The notes under the pieces are model-generated. The model saw only the letters and a list, made by a program, of their open reading frames with translations, was not told the DNA's origin and searched no databases. Shown piece by piece: positions 25,201 through 37,860 of a stretch of DNA of 64,000 nucleotides. Position numbers and translations under genes: made by a program. The stretch is from Carcharhinus amblyrhynchos (Eukaryota): NCBI GenBank assembly GCA_965287045.1, contig OZ336892.1, positions 5,146,001 to 5,210,000 on the forward strand, read 5' to 3'. Every line of letters starts with the position of its first letter. Position 1 is the stretch's first letter.

Positions 25201-27142
25201 AAAATTTCCCCATCCGTGGCAGTTTTGTGCACATTTCTGTACCGTGTCTGCTGTGAGGCCGCCTCTGTCCCACTTCACAGGCCTCTGAGAATCCCAGTTC
25301 TGCCGGGATGAGTTAGTCCCTAAACTCATGTCTCACTTCCTAACTGGTGACATTAGTGTATTTAAATTTGTATCTGTCCATGGTATCCATGTTTATGTCC
25401 ATATCAATGTATAGTTATGTTTTTATGTATGTATTTTAATATGTATTAATATCTGTGTATATTAATAGAGATAAATAAATGTATGTGTATATTAACAGAA
25501 AATGTTTGGGCGTTAGTATTCCAGTTGTTCCCATTTCAGATTTCCAGTATTTCCATTGTTTATATATTAATCTCTTAACCAATATTTGTTCAAATATTAA
25601 TCTCTGCATTGCTCAATAAATATATATATTAATCTCTAATCAACAATATTTGTATACATTAATCTCCACTGACTAATATTTGTGTATTTTAGTCTATGAG
25701 TTAATATGTGTCTATATTAATATCTGCCTATTTCTTTATGCCGCATGTTGGTGCTTTTTAACCTCGAAGTAACAGATGATTAGAAGAATCGGATTATTAA
25801 ATCTTTCTCAAATTCTGACCGCAATCTTACACAGCGTTTTGAATCAGCTCACTTCTTTTAAGTCTAATTTTCCCGCACCAGGTTTATTGCACTCCGACGT
25901 ACACACTCTCACTCCTCCTAACGGGCCAAGGTAGACAACTAACACACTGGAATTGTTTTTAATGGTTGTTATTTAATCAGTCTCCCCATTGTCCCCGTGG
26001 CGACGAAGCTACCGCGTTGCTGGAAAATACTGGCTTCTCTTTCGCTCCTTCCAGTCCCAACCCTCGCTGGAAATTCCGGGGAGTTTGCTGGACGCAATGA
26101 GGAAGGTTGATTTGAATTGAACCCACCCTCCCAACACCCTTCCCCATTCCCGAACCAACGGTGGCGAGGGAAGAAGCATACAGCTTTGGAAAAGTGAGTA
26201 CAGGTTCGCAATTTTAACAATGACCCCGCAAGCCACAAGATTTCTTCTTCCATAATGCATCAATGATTCTGTCCTCGCATTGATGCAGAGACAGATTCTG
26301 GTGGCGCCGTTTACGATGACTATTTTCTGCACATTGAATAAGATAGAACCGGCAACAGAAACACAGGAGGAGATTGAGTTAAAGGTGGCAACATTCGATG
26401 CTTGGCAAAAATAATCATTTTAAAACTACCCCTTAACAGTTAATTCTTGACGAAATTATATATTTGGGGAAAAAAATCTCATTGCGTTGAACAGTGGATC
26501 AGAAATTAATAAGTGATATACTCGAGATGACTGCTTAATAATTTATAATTCCATAACTACAATAAATTAATTTCGTTTATAAAGATCATTCGATGAATTA
26601 CATTTGATTTCTGATATGCAATATTCTCCTAATTGAGCCTGTGTAACTATCCGACCTGAATATTAATAAATGTGGTCCTTTAGTCCGGGTCACCGTCTCT
26701 GTATTCATCCCCACTCGAGGGGCGGAGGGAGAGGGGCTGGAATGGGGGAAAGGAGGTTCCGAGCCCCCCCCCCCTACTAACACTAATTGCTGTCCCCAGC
26801 GTCCTAACGTTAACCCCCTCGACATTTAACCCTCTCTGCACATCTCGTCTTATCTTTGGTTTGAATCTTGCACTTGAAAATCTGGAAACCGAATGGAAAA
26901 TATCCCGAAAAAATAAAAAGAATTTATTTGCGTTCGACCACAAAAAATGAATCGCTTTTACGTTTATAGACACTGGGGCATTTATTTCAACGCGGAGTTT
27001 GCTTTGGACGTTTATTTGTGTGTTTATCGCTAACGGACGGTTCTGCTTCGGTTCAGCAGCTTTCTGAGCTCCAGAATCTCTCCTCTTGTTGCGAAACAGT
27101 TACTGGCGTCAGCGCCCCCATCTGACACCTGACGGGGTGAGT

Positions 27143-27145
27143 GTA

Positions 27146-27183
<38 letters not shown>
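27143..27183. repeat. Compound (GT)n(GA)n microsatellite
   Basis: Directly visible. Confidence 0.9.
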
Positions 27184-27184
<1 letters not shown>

Positions 27185-29954
27185 CTGTGAAACTCTGTAA
27201 CTCCCACTGGAAACGCACAGAGGACCAACACATCCGAGTAAATGTAGCAAATTACACACAAGATGGAAGGATTGTAAATTGAGTCAATTTCCTAATTTCA
27301 CATCGCATTGAGAACCCCAGCCCCAGATCCGCGATAAGCAGAGATCCCAGACAGGGGGGAATCCCACCCGCAAAAGCGAGAGGGAGGGAGAGAAAAAGCA
27401 GCAATATACGTCTAAAAATAAAGGCATTTGAACTCTGGCGAGGGGAATTAATTTCGCCCATTTGTGTTAGATAAAGCAATGTTTCAGTCGCAAATGCTGC
27501 AGTCCTGGTGACTATTTGGAGTGTTTAAAATTCCAGTTGTGTTTTCCCAGTTGTAAGAACCTCTCTAAATCAGCCCAAACCCGGGCGCCAGATCAGTGGC
27601 CTGTTACCCACCGCCCGTTTCTCTCCCCGCACCAGTCCAGCCCAACCGCCGCCCAAACACATCTAAAGATCCGTTTATGAACCTCAAAAGGACCATTGCA
27701 CCGCGGATGGTCTGAAACTGAGATTCGTTTCCTGATTATTCCCTGCCTGGCTGACATTTAAATCGAATCTGTCCTTTTTCATGGTTGAGATTGGAATGAT
27801 CAAACACACACAGAATCTGCTATTCACGTCAAAATGAGGAGTTGAGCACCACAGAAATAGCAAGCGAAAATTCCAACATTGGTTATTTTATTAAACATGG
27901 GAAACATTGAGCAGATCGAGTTTTACAGAAATTGTTTTTTTCTAAACTGATTTGGGAGCTGTGTGAAGAGAGAGAGGGGAGTTCTATAAATAAATGGAGA
28001 TGTTGACGGTGGTGAGGTGGGGGGGGGACAGAAAATAGCATCGGTCTGATGTTAACGTCGCCCTTTCGCTTGTCCCAGGAAAAACCCTCACCTGCTGCTA
28101 AAGTGATCCTCCCAGGATCAGCAAGTACGTGTGGAAGATATGAATGGTGTTATTTATCCGGTAATGTTAGTGAAGGGTGAATATGTAATTAGCTTTCAAA
28201 TAAATGTAATGACTTGGATCCGGAGCTCTGTCTAATGAGTAAAAAGTGATTGAATTGATGTCTTGGAATGTTAATGCCAGGAGCGGAATTATTGCGATCA
28301 GATCCGGTAAAATGTGACATTCCTGCATTATTTAATCCTTTATCAATATTGATATAGACACAATAGTGTCATTAGCATTTAAAACAAGAATGACAAGCGG
28401 AAATTAATGATAGGCTAGAACGTCTGGTCCGGTCTTATCCCTGAATGGTTATTAAATTCGGCTCCACGGAGGATCTTCCAATATTCCCAGGGTTAATGGT
28501 CACTGGGGTCGGATGGCGCAATAAGGAAGGCGCCGGGACCACTCCAGTCCCTCGGCCGTAGAGGCGACAGGTAGACTCACTGGAGAAGAAGATGGTACTA
28601 AATGATAACACAAAGAAACTGGTTACAATATGTATGAGGCCAGGATTAATTGGTGTTTGGTAAAATGATTGCAACTCCAAACGAATGCATCTGAATTATT
28701 CTGAGCACCAGCGAAAAGTTGGCCAAGGCAATGACAGCTTTGCCCTCCCGTCCCCTCCACCCCTACACTGAAACCAAAGTCTCCCTTTGAGTTAAACACA
28801 TTGACAATACTTTGAATCTTATAACAGCCACTTTTTTCAACGATATATTGCGATTTTGTATCACGACAGAGTTCAATCAAATGTTTAAAAAAACTCCACT
28901 TAAACGGGACGCTAGGAAGAGCTAGTGGGTCTCAATTAAGCTTAAAAGATTTAGACGCCCATTCCTCCCGGGTTGCACACAGTTCTAACCTTCCCACACG
29001 CACCGCCTGCCAAAAACGCGAAGTTTTTATTTTAATGCATAAATTCCAACCGATTGAAAGAGAACAGATATTGTCACCGATTAAACAGCCTGGAAATAAC
29101 AACTTACTGGATATGTCGAGGAGAATTAGCGAAACAGTGAGGCATACTCATTGATAATTGGTTCTCTGTCCAGTGGCTACACATTTCACATTATATATTT
29201 GATGTACTATATTCTACACATTGCGTTTTGATTTCATAGCTAATGTGACATTAGGCTAAGACAGACAGAATGGATTGTTCCAGCCGTGCACAAGTGCACT
29301 ATTCTGGTGTATGTGACAGATAATCTGCCTGCACAGGATACCCCAAAACCCGCTAACAAATTACAGTTGCTCTATGGTGTATGCATGAATATAGAAATCT
29401 CGAGTGAAGTGACCCCGGGAGTTGGCTGCACCGGCTTTCCCGTTGCTAAATGTGCATTCCCAACTAATTAGCGGTTGATGGTAAATCCTTTTCTCTCTTT
29501 CACAGACCCGGCTCATTCGCCTGAGCTTGTTACAGGAATTGAGACAGGGACCTGCGAACAGGTGGCTGAATTTCCCGTGTGATTTTTTACTCTTAACACT
29601 TTACACACCGGAGCGGTTCGATAATCATAACAATTTCTGGAATTCTGAGCTTTGGAATATTTTGAATTCGGAGGAAGACAATATCTGAGAATGATCCAGA
29701 ATGTAAACACAAAATAATCAGATAAAACCTAACTCACTGGTAGCCTATGTACCAATAATAATACATATAATATACTATATAATACTATTATAATAAACCG
29801 TTTTGCTAATTCCATTTGTACTTCTCGGAGTCTTCATCGTATCTATGTCATACAAGCTATGACAAATCATTTATTGTGATATTATCTACAGTTCATGTAA
29901 TATTCACCACTTTTGCAGAGCTGGGGGGGGGGGGTTAATTTCTCTACCTTTTTA

Positions 29955-30205
29955 AATTTGACTTATTCGTGTCACAAGTAAGGCTTACATTAACACAGCA
30001 ATAAAGTTACTGTGAGATTCCCCTAGTCGCCACAATCCGGCGCCTGTTCGTCAATGCACCTAACTAGCACATCTTTCAGACTGTGGGAGGAAACCCACGT
30101 AGACACGGGGAGAATGTGCAAACTCCACACAGATAGTGATCCAGGAATCGAACCTGTGTCCCTGGCGCTGTGTGGCAGCAGTGCTAACCACTGTGCCACC
30201 GTGCC
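29955..30205 (-). mobile_element. V-SINE with alternative tail
   Basis: Reverse complement of the 21938 copy; ends GCAGTGCTAACCACTGTGCCACCGTGCC. Confidence 0.88.
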
Positions 30206-30859
30206 GTCCTTGTAGGCGTGATAGATTAGTTCAGGAAATCTTCCCATGTTCGCTATTTCTAGTCCTGAAGTCGCTAAGATCAGCGGAAAATGGAATTTTC
30301 CTGAACGGATTTTTCCAATTGTCACAATGGGATAGTCAGAGTAAATGGAGAAATAATTCCTTCACAGACATTTCCCCCAGCTGACTCATACCTTCGCTCT
30401 ATCTCTGTCCTCTCAGTTTCTGCCTCTAGTCTGAAATAAATGACAACAAGATTTCAGATTGTGTTCTTATACATCCCCCAAAATGGCAAACTCAAACTTT
30501 CCGCTTAAATCCGGGATGGACCTCGGTCAGAGACGAAACCTTTTCCCTAAACTCTGGTGGATTTGCAAGAAATTCCTAAGTTTCTCTGAAGCCGGAGTGG
30601 GGAAGTGCATCAGGAAACATGACCCCCCCTCAACCCCATTGGAAAAATAAGAGTAATTATTCGTGATGAATGATTAGAAATGAATTCCTATTGCCTAACA
30701 ACGATAACCAGGAGGAGACAGTCTCCCCACCCCCGGGACACAGTGCCGGCGAATTCACCTTGTCCGCTTCGGACTGAGATCATTGAGATCCGGAAGCCGC
30801 CTCTCAACATCTGGGGCCACGCTTCCGCCGAAATTGCGCCAGTTCCTTCACTCTAGTGG

Positions 30860-31030
30860 ATATCTCGCCTAATTCACTTCTGTTCTTTTACCTCCCTCTC
30901 GCTACACTGACTTACAGAAATGTTGTGTGCAGAGATATTAGAGTAGCTGTTTTCGTGGGATCTTGCTGTGTGAAAATGGGCCACCGCGTTTCCCACAACA
31001 GAGAGTGCATTAAAATGTACTTCATTAAAA
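30860..31030 (+). mobile_element. Deu-domain SINE fragment
   Basis: GCTGTTTTCGTGGGATCTTGCTGTGTGAAAATGGGCCACCGCGTTTCCCACAACAG...AATGTACTTCATT. Confidence 0.55.
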
Positions 31031-31044
31031 ATAAAACGCTGCAG

Positions 31045-31255
31045 TTGATGAAAATCTGAAATGAAAAGTGAACAGATGATGCTAAATAAAAAGCCCAGCA
31101 GGTCTGCTGGCATCTGTGGGCGGGGAAGGGTTAACGTTTCGAGTCCAATGACTTCTCCAGAAGTAAACTCAAAATGTGCTAACTCTATTTTTCTTTCTCT
31201 ACACAGACATTCCAAATCCGACCGAATATTTCCAGCATTTTCTGTTTTTATTTCA
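31045..31255. mobile_element. Degenerate palindromic Penelope-like terminal element
   Basis: Left arm AAAATCTGAAAT...CAGCAGGTCTGCTGGCATCTGTGG; right arm ...TATTTCCAGCATTTTCTGTTTTTATTTCA. Confidence 0.55.
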
Positions 31256-31329
31256 AAAATGATTTCACTGGTTGGGAAGCATTTTGAGACATCAGGTGGT
31301 CTGGAGTTTCATTAACTTAACTTGGGACT

Positions 31330-34300
31330 GTCATTGTTACCGTTATTGTACACAAACATTATACACAAACACTGTCCTATCAGCGTCATTGTACACAAAC
31401 ACTGTACACAAACATTGTACACAAACACTGAACACGAATACTGTATTATCTGAGTCATTGTATATAAACACTGTACAATCACCGTTATTGTACACAAGAA
31501 CTGTATACAAACACTACTATCAGCGTTAATGTACACAAGCCACTGTGCAACATTGTTATTATGCACAAGCACTGTATTATCTACATCATTGTACATGAAC
31601 ACAATTATTACTTTTATTGTACATAAGCACTGTACACAAGCACTACTATTGGCGCCAATGTACACAAGCACTGCACTATCACTTGTTATTGTACACAAGC
31701 GCTGTACACAAATATTGTATTATCAGCATCATTTTCCACAAACACTTTACTATTACTGTTAATATAGACAAACACTGTACTATGTGTCATTGTACATTGT
31801 CAGTATATACAATCACAGTATTATTACTGTTATTGTACGGTGATTTTATTTATTCATTTATGGCACATGGGTGTTACTAGCTGGTTACATTCATTGACCA
31901 TCCCTAGTTGAGTTTAGACTGAATGGCTTTCTAGGCCATTTCACTGTCATTGTACACAAATACTGTATTGCCATTATACACTGCCACCATACACACTGTG
32001 CGATCACTGTCAGTATACACAAACACTACGATCACTGTCTTTGTACACTGTCTTTACACAAACAGCATAATATCAATGATAGTATATGCCAACACTGTTC
32101 TTTCATATTTCCTGTACATAAACACTGTATTATTAGTGTAATTATACAATGTCACAGTACACATTATTATTACTGTCAGTATACACAAACACAACTATTA
32201 CTGTCATTGTACACAGACATTGTACTATCACTGTCACACTACACTGTTATTATACACAAACATTGTACATTTACTGTCCCTGTACACAAGCACTGTACTT
32301 TCATTGTCACTGTACATAAACACTGTACTATTACTGTCATTATGCAATGTCATTGCACACAAAAGCTGTATTATCACTCCATGCTGTAATTATACACAAA
32401 TATTGTATTATCATTGTCACTATATACAAACACTGTACTGCCGCAGCCATTGTACACTACCATTACACAATGTAATCATTCACATTTACAATTACTGTCA
32501 GTATATACATACACTATAGTCACAGTTACTTTACACAAACATTGTAATCACTGTCACTGTACACAAACACTATTACTGATACAGTACATTGTAATTAAAC
32601 ACAAATATTGTACACAAACATTACATTGTCACTACACTATCACTGTCACTGTACAGAAACAATACTATCACTGTCACTGTACACTGTCATTGTACACAAA
32701 TACTGTACTATCATTGTCACTGTACACAAACACTGTACTATTACTGTCACTGTACACTATCATTGTACACAAATACTGTACTATCACTGTCACTGTGTGC
32801 AAGCACTAATGTCACTGTCACTACATGCAAATACTACTATCACTGTCACTATATACAAGCACTGAACTTTCACTGTCTCTGTACACTGCCATTGTACACA
32901 AATACTGTACGCAGACATGGTACTTTGTCACGACATGTAAATGTTGTATTATGACTGTCATTGTACACAAACAATGTACTATCACTATCATTGTACAGTG
33001 TAATTATGCACAAGCATTGTATTATCACTGTCACTACATAAAATGCTCTATTACAGTAATTATACACAAATACTGTACAATCACTGCCATTATACAGTAT
33101 GATCACTCATAAGCACTATACTGTCCATGTCTCTATACACTGTCATTAAATACAAACACTGAATTCTCACAATGATTATACAAAAATAATGTACTATCAC
33201 AATCACTGCGCACTGTAATTATAAACACTGTACTATCATTGTCATTGTATGCTGCCATTATATACAATCATGTATTATCACAGCCACCAAATACTGCCAA
33301 TGTACTATCAATATCATTGTACAACGCCATTATACACAAGCGCTGTACTGCCACTGTACACACTGTGCTATCACCACTGTTACCATACACAAAAGTTGTA
33401 CTACCACTGCCATTCCACACAAATTATCATATCAATCTTTTAATACACAAACACTGTACTATCAGTGTCAATAAATACAAGACTGTGCTATGACTGCCAT
33501 GATATACGAACACTCTACTATCAGTGTCATTAATACAAGCACCGTGCTATGACTGTCATTATACACAAACACTGTACTATCACTGTCACTATATACAAAT
33601 GTTGTACTATCAATATTGTTCTACACAGATGCCGTTACATCAGGATCATTATAAACAAACGCTGTGCTATCATTGACAAACAGCATAATATCAGTGTCAT
33701 TATATACAAATACTGCACTGTCACTTTATACCATCACTTTATGTCTTTATACCCTTTCACTGTCCACAAACACTGTACGATCTTAGTTATTATACATAAA
33801 CACGTCCTATAACAGTCACTAAATACAAATGCTGTGCTGTCACCTCCACTGTGCACGCTATTACATCTGTCATTTTACAGAAATAATGTGTTATCACTGC
33901 CCCAATATACAAACTCTGTATTATACTGTCATTGTATGGAAACACTGCACTATCACTGTATTATACACAAACACAGTAATGTCACTGCCACTATTCACAC
34001 ACACACAGACACACACACACTGCATGCTGTCACTAAACACACACCGTACTCTGACTATCACTATGCACACACTGTACTCTGTCGCTATGCACACACTGTA
34101 CTCTGACTGTCAGCATGAAGACACTGTACTCTGACTGTCACTATGCACACACTATACTCTGACTGTCACTGTGGACACACTGTACTCTGTCACTATGCAC
34201 ACACTGTACTCTGTCACTATGCACCCACTGTACTCTGACTGTCAGCATGAAGACACTATACTCTGACTGTCACTATGCACACACTGTACTCTGACTGTCA

Positions 34301-34930
34301 CTATGCACACATTGTACTCTGACTGTCACAATGCACACACTGTACTATCATTGTATGCACACTGTACTCTGAATGTCACTGTGCATGCACTGTACTCTGA
34401 CTGCCACAATGTACACACTGTGCTATCACTGTATGCACACTGTACTCTGACTGTCACTGTACACACACTACTCTGTCACTGTGCACACACTGTACTGTCA
34501 CTATAAACACATTGTACTCTGACTGTCACTATACACATATTGTACTCTGACTGTTACCATGCACACACTGTACACTTTGCACACTCTGCATTATGTCACT
34601 GTACACACACTGTATTCTGACTGTCACTATGCACACACTGTATTCTGATTGTCACTATACACACACTACTCTGACTGTCACAATACATGCACTGTAATCT
34701 GATTGTCACTGAGCACACACATACTGTCACCATACACACACTGTACTCTGACTACCACTATACACACACTGTACTCTGTCACTATGCACACACTGTGCTG
34801 TCACTATACACACACAGTACTGTCACAATAAACACGCTATACTCTGACTGTTGCTATGCACACACTGTACCTTGACTGTCACTACGCACACACTGTACTC
34901 TGACCGTCACTATGCATTACACTACTGTAT
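31330..34930 (+). repeat. About 3.6-kb degenerate minisatellite array
   Basis: 30-bp unit TGTACACAAACACTGTACTATCACTGTCAC with 13-bp interspersed units, changing near 34040 to a 28/24-bp unit CACTATGCACACACTGTACTCT(GACT)GT. Confidence 0.93.
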
Positions 34931-35234
34931 AATCTGTTATTATATACAAAGACTCTACTATCGCTGCCAATAGAATCTCGGCTTCCTGAAATGACATTTT
35001 AATTGCTCATTTGGGTTTTGTTGAATGTTATAAATGTTACGGTTTCATTTAGCACCTCGATCGCAAGTTTGAACGTTTTAAGTTTTCTTAAGGAAACAGG
35101 TGTCAAAGCGGAACTCTCTGACTGGGCGATAGGAATGGGATAGGTGTCCGTTACAGTGAGTCTGGGGGCAGGAGAATGTGATTCTGAGCAGGGACCCCGG
35201 TGGCGCTCGACACGTTACAGACCGATCCGCCGAG

Positions 35235-35480
35235 CGGAGAAGAGAAAGGAGAAGGAGGGATGCAGAAGCACAAAGAGAGGAAGAGACAGGGAGAGGGGAG
35301 AGAGGTGCGCAGAGAGACGGAGGGATAGGGTCAGAGGGAGGCACAAGGGGAAGATACAGAGAAAGAGAAATAATGAGAGGATTAAAAAAAGGTGGAATAG
35401 ATAGGAATAGAAAAGAGGAAAGGTGGAAAAGATCGATACACAGAGAGTGGGGGGCGGCGGGGCGGGGGTAGATGGGGAGG
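35235..35480 (+). repeat. Purine-rich (GA) low-complexity tract
   Basis: Almost entirely G/A; similar tracts occur at 52630-52820 and 59270-59545. Confidence 0.8.
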
Positions 35481-36204
35481 CAGGTCGGGGCGACAGGGCG
35501 AGAGCAAACTTCACATTGAACCGCGGTTCCTGACTCTCTGTCGATATCGATGTTCAGAGTGAACAAAACTCCAGCAGCATCGCTGACTCAAGGTACAGAC
35601 ACGAAGGAAGCGGCGGAACAAATCCCAGCCACTCTCTTCCCAGAACACAGGGGGAAAGGCGAGTTAAATTGCTGGTTTTGCATTGATGGTGTACATGTCA
35701 CATGAAAAAACATGAAGGATTTTGACAGCTCTTAAACTGCCTGGCGCCATGGCCAGTGTCTCCGCTAAAAATAGGCCGAGATGGGGCGCAAAATAGAAAA
35801 TGAAAATGGGTATCAGGAGGGATTGGAGAGAGAAAGGGGCGGGAAGGAGAAAGGGGTAAGTTTCAATTAGCACTTGTCTTAAAAACGCAGGGAAGAAGGG
35901 AGGGCCGAAAACTAATAACGATTCGGAACAACCGCGAAACAAGAAATGAGGTGAACATCAATCTACAGAAGCTGAAATGTGGAACAGAGCAGAGAAATAA
36001 AAAGTGCATAGATAAAAGGACTGACAAAAACAAGAGAAAATTACATCAAGGATCAATAAAAGATATTGCCGAGGAAGCGGCTTCCAGTGTGGAGATGAAC
36101 TGCCCAGAGCTCCCTTAGCTCCTCAATTGCACCCAGAGATAAAATCAGTCCGTTATACCAAGGGAGTTTAATGATTGGATTCGTTTTGTGGTTCTACTAC
36201 CGTT

Positions 36205-37860
36205 GCACACGCACACATCACATAAACACACTATAGATACTCATATACACACAAACACACTCATAAATACACCCACCCACATACAGACTCTCACACAAAC
36301 ACATTCACATACATAGGAACACATCCATATACACAAATAAACATTCATATACCACACTCTCGCACATTCATACACACAAATACACATATATACAAACACA
36401 TTCAGGCATTCATTCTCACACAAACACTCATATACACACTCATGAACACACACACACTCTCACACAAACACACTTACATACATAGGAACACATTCATATA
36501 CACAAATAAACACACACACTCATACACACAAAGACACTCATATACACACAAACACATCATACACACATGCCATGGTAGCACAGTGGTAAGCATTGCTGCT
36601 AGGAGCCCCAGGTTCAATTTTGGCCTTGGGTGATTGTGTGGAGTTTGCACATTCTCCCAGTGTCTGCGTGGGTTTCCTCCAGGTGCTCTTGTTTCCTCCC
36701 ACACTCCAAAGATGGGCAGGTTAAGTGGGTTGGCCATACTGAATTGCCCCTTAGTGCCAGGAGGATTAGCAAGATAAATATGTGAGGTCATGAGAGTAGG
36801 ACCTGAGTATGATTGTTGTCAGTGCAGACTCAATGGGCCAGAATGGCCTCCTTCTACACTGTATGGGTCCTATGTTTCTTACTCTCATGCAAACACACTC
36901 ATATATACATACTCATCACACAAACAAACATATGCAGAGATATTCCCATATACACACTCTCACATGCACTCATATATACACAAACACATACATTCTCTCA
37001 CAAACACATTAACATACACACTCTCACAAATACTCTCATATATACACAAACATACTCATGCTCACACTCTCATGCAAACAGACTCACATATATACAAAAA
37101 CACATGCATGTAAACACACTAATACACATTCTCACAAATACACTTGTATACACAAAAATACTCATATGCCCATACATTCATGCAAGCACAGTCATATGCA
37201 CACACTCTCACACAAACACATTTATATACACAGAGACATGTCCATATACACACACTCATATACACACAAATGCACACACGATCCACAAACACACTCATAT
37301 ATATACATGCATTTACTTTGACTGACATGCACATTGATTCACAGAAACATATTCACATATACATACACGCAGCCAAGATGTACTCTTATGAACAAACAGA
37401 AAGACACATTTGTATATGCACTCACACACATGCTCTCACACACATGCTCACTTTGGCAGACACACTGGCATACACACAAACACACATTCACTGTCAAACC
37501 TACAGGGACTCACTTTGACAAATGCACACATATACACACAAACACATAATAAACACTCATACACACCAGCATACAATCACCACAAGTGCACACTCACACT
37601 CAAAGACACACTTAATTTCATTCAACACACCCGTATTCTCACAACATACATAATCCACTCATTCTTAGACACAAAACATATTCAAACATAACATATTCTC
37701 CCAGATACAGACTCAGTCGCATACAAACTCCATATTCACACATTAAAACACATAACACATACTCTCATACACACTCTGTCACTCATATACAACACTCATT
37801 TATAAGCACATGCACAACAGAAACACACGCACATTCACACATGCACTTGTAACACATGTA
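36205..37860 (+). repeat. Degenerate (CA/TA)n low-complexity array
   Basis: ACAC/ATAC-rich for about 1.6 kb, interrupted by a SINE. Confidence 0.9.
36570..36875 (+). mobile_element. HE1-like V-SINE
   Basis: GGTAGCACAGTGGTAAGCATTGCTGC head, V-domain and CR1-type tail. Confidence 0.85.

Noticed and set aside
35190-35210. Forward CTCF-like GACCCCGGTGGCGCT
   Set aside because: The 5' half of the core mismatches the consensus; too weak to call by eye.
31272-37691. Many His/Thr/Cys/Tyr-rich ORFs, and a CRISPR-like reading of the repeat array
   Set aside because: They are translations of minisatellite and CA-rich DNA; there are no unique spacers or cas genes, and the context is eukaryotic.
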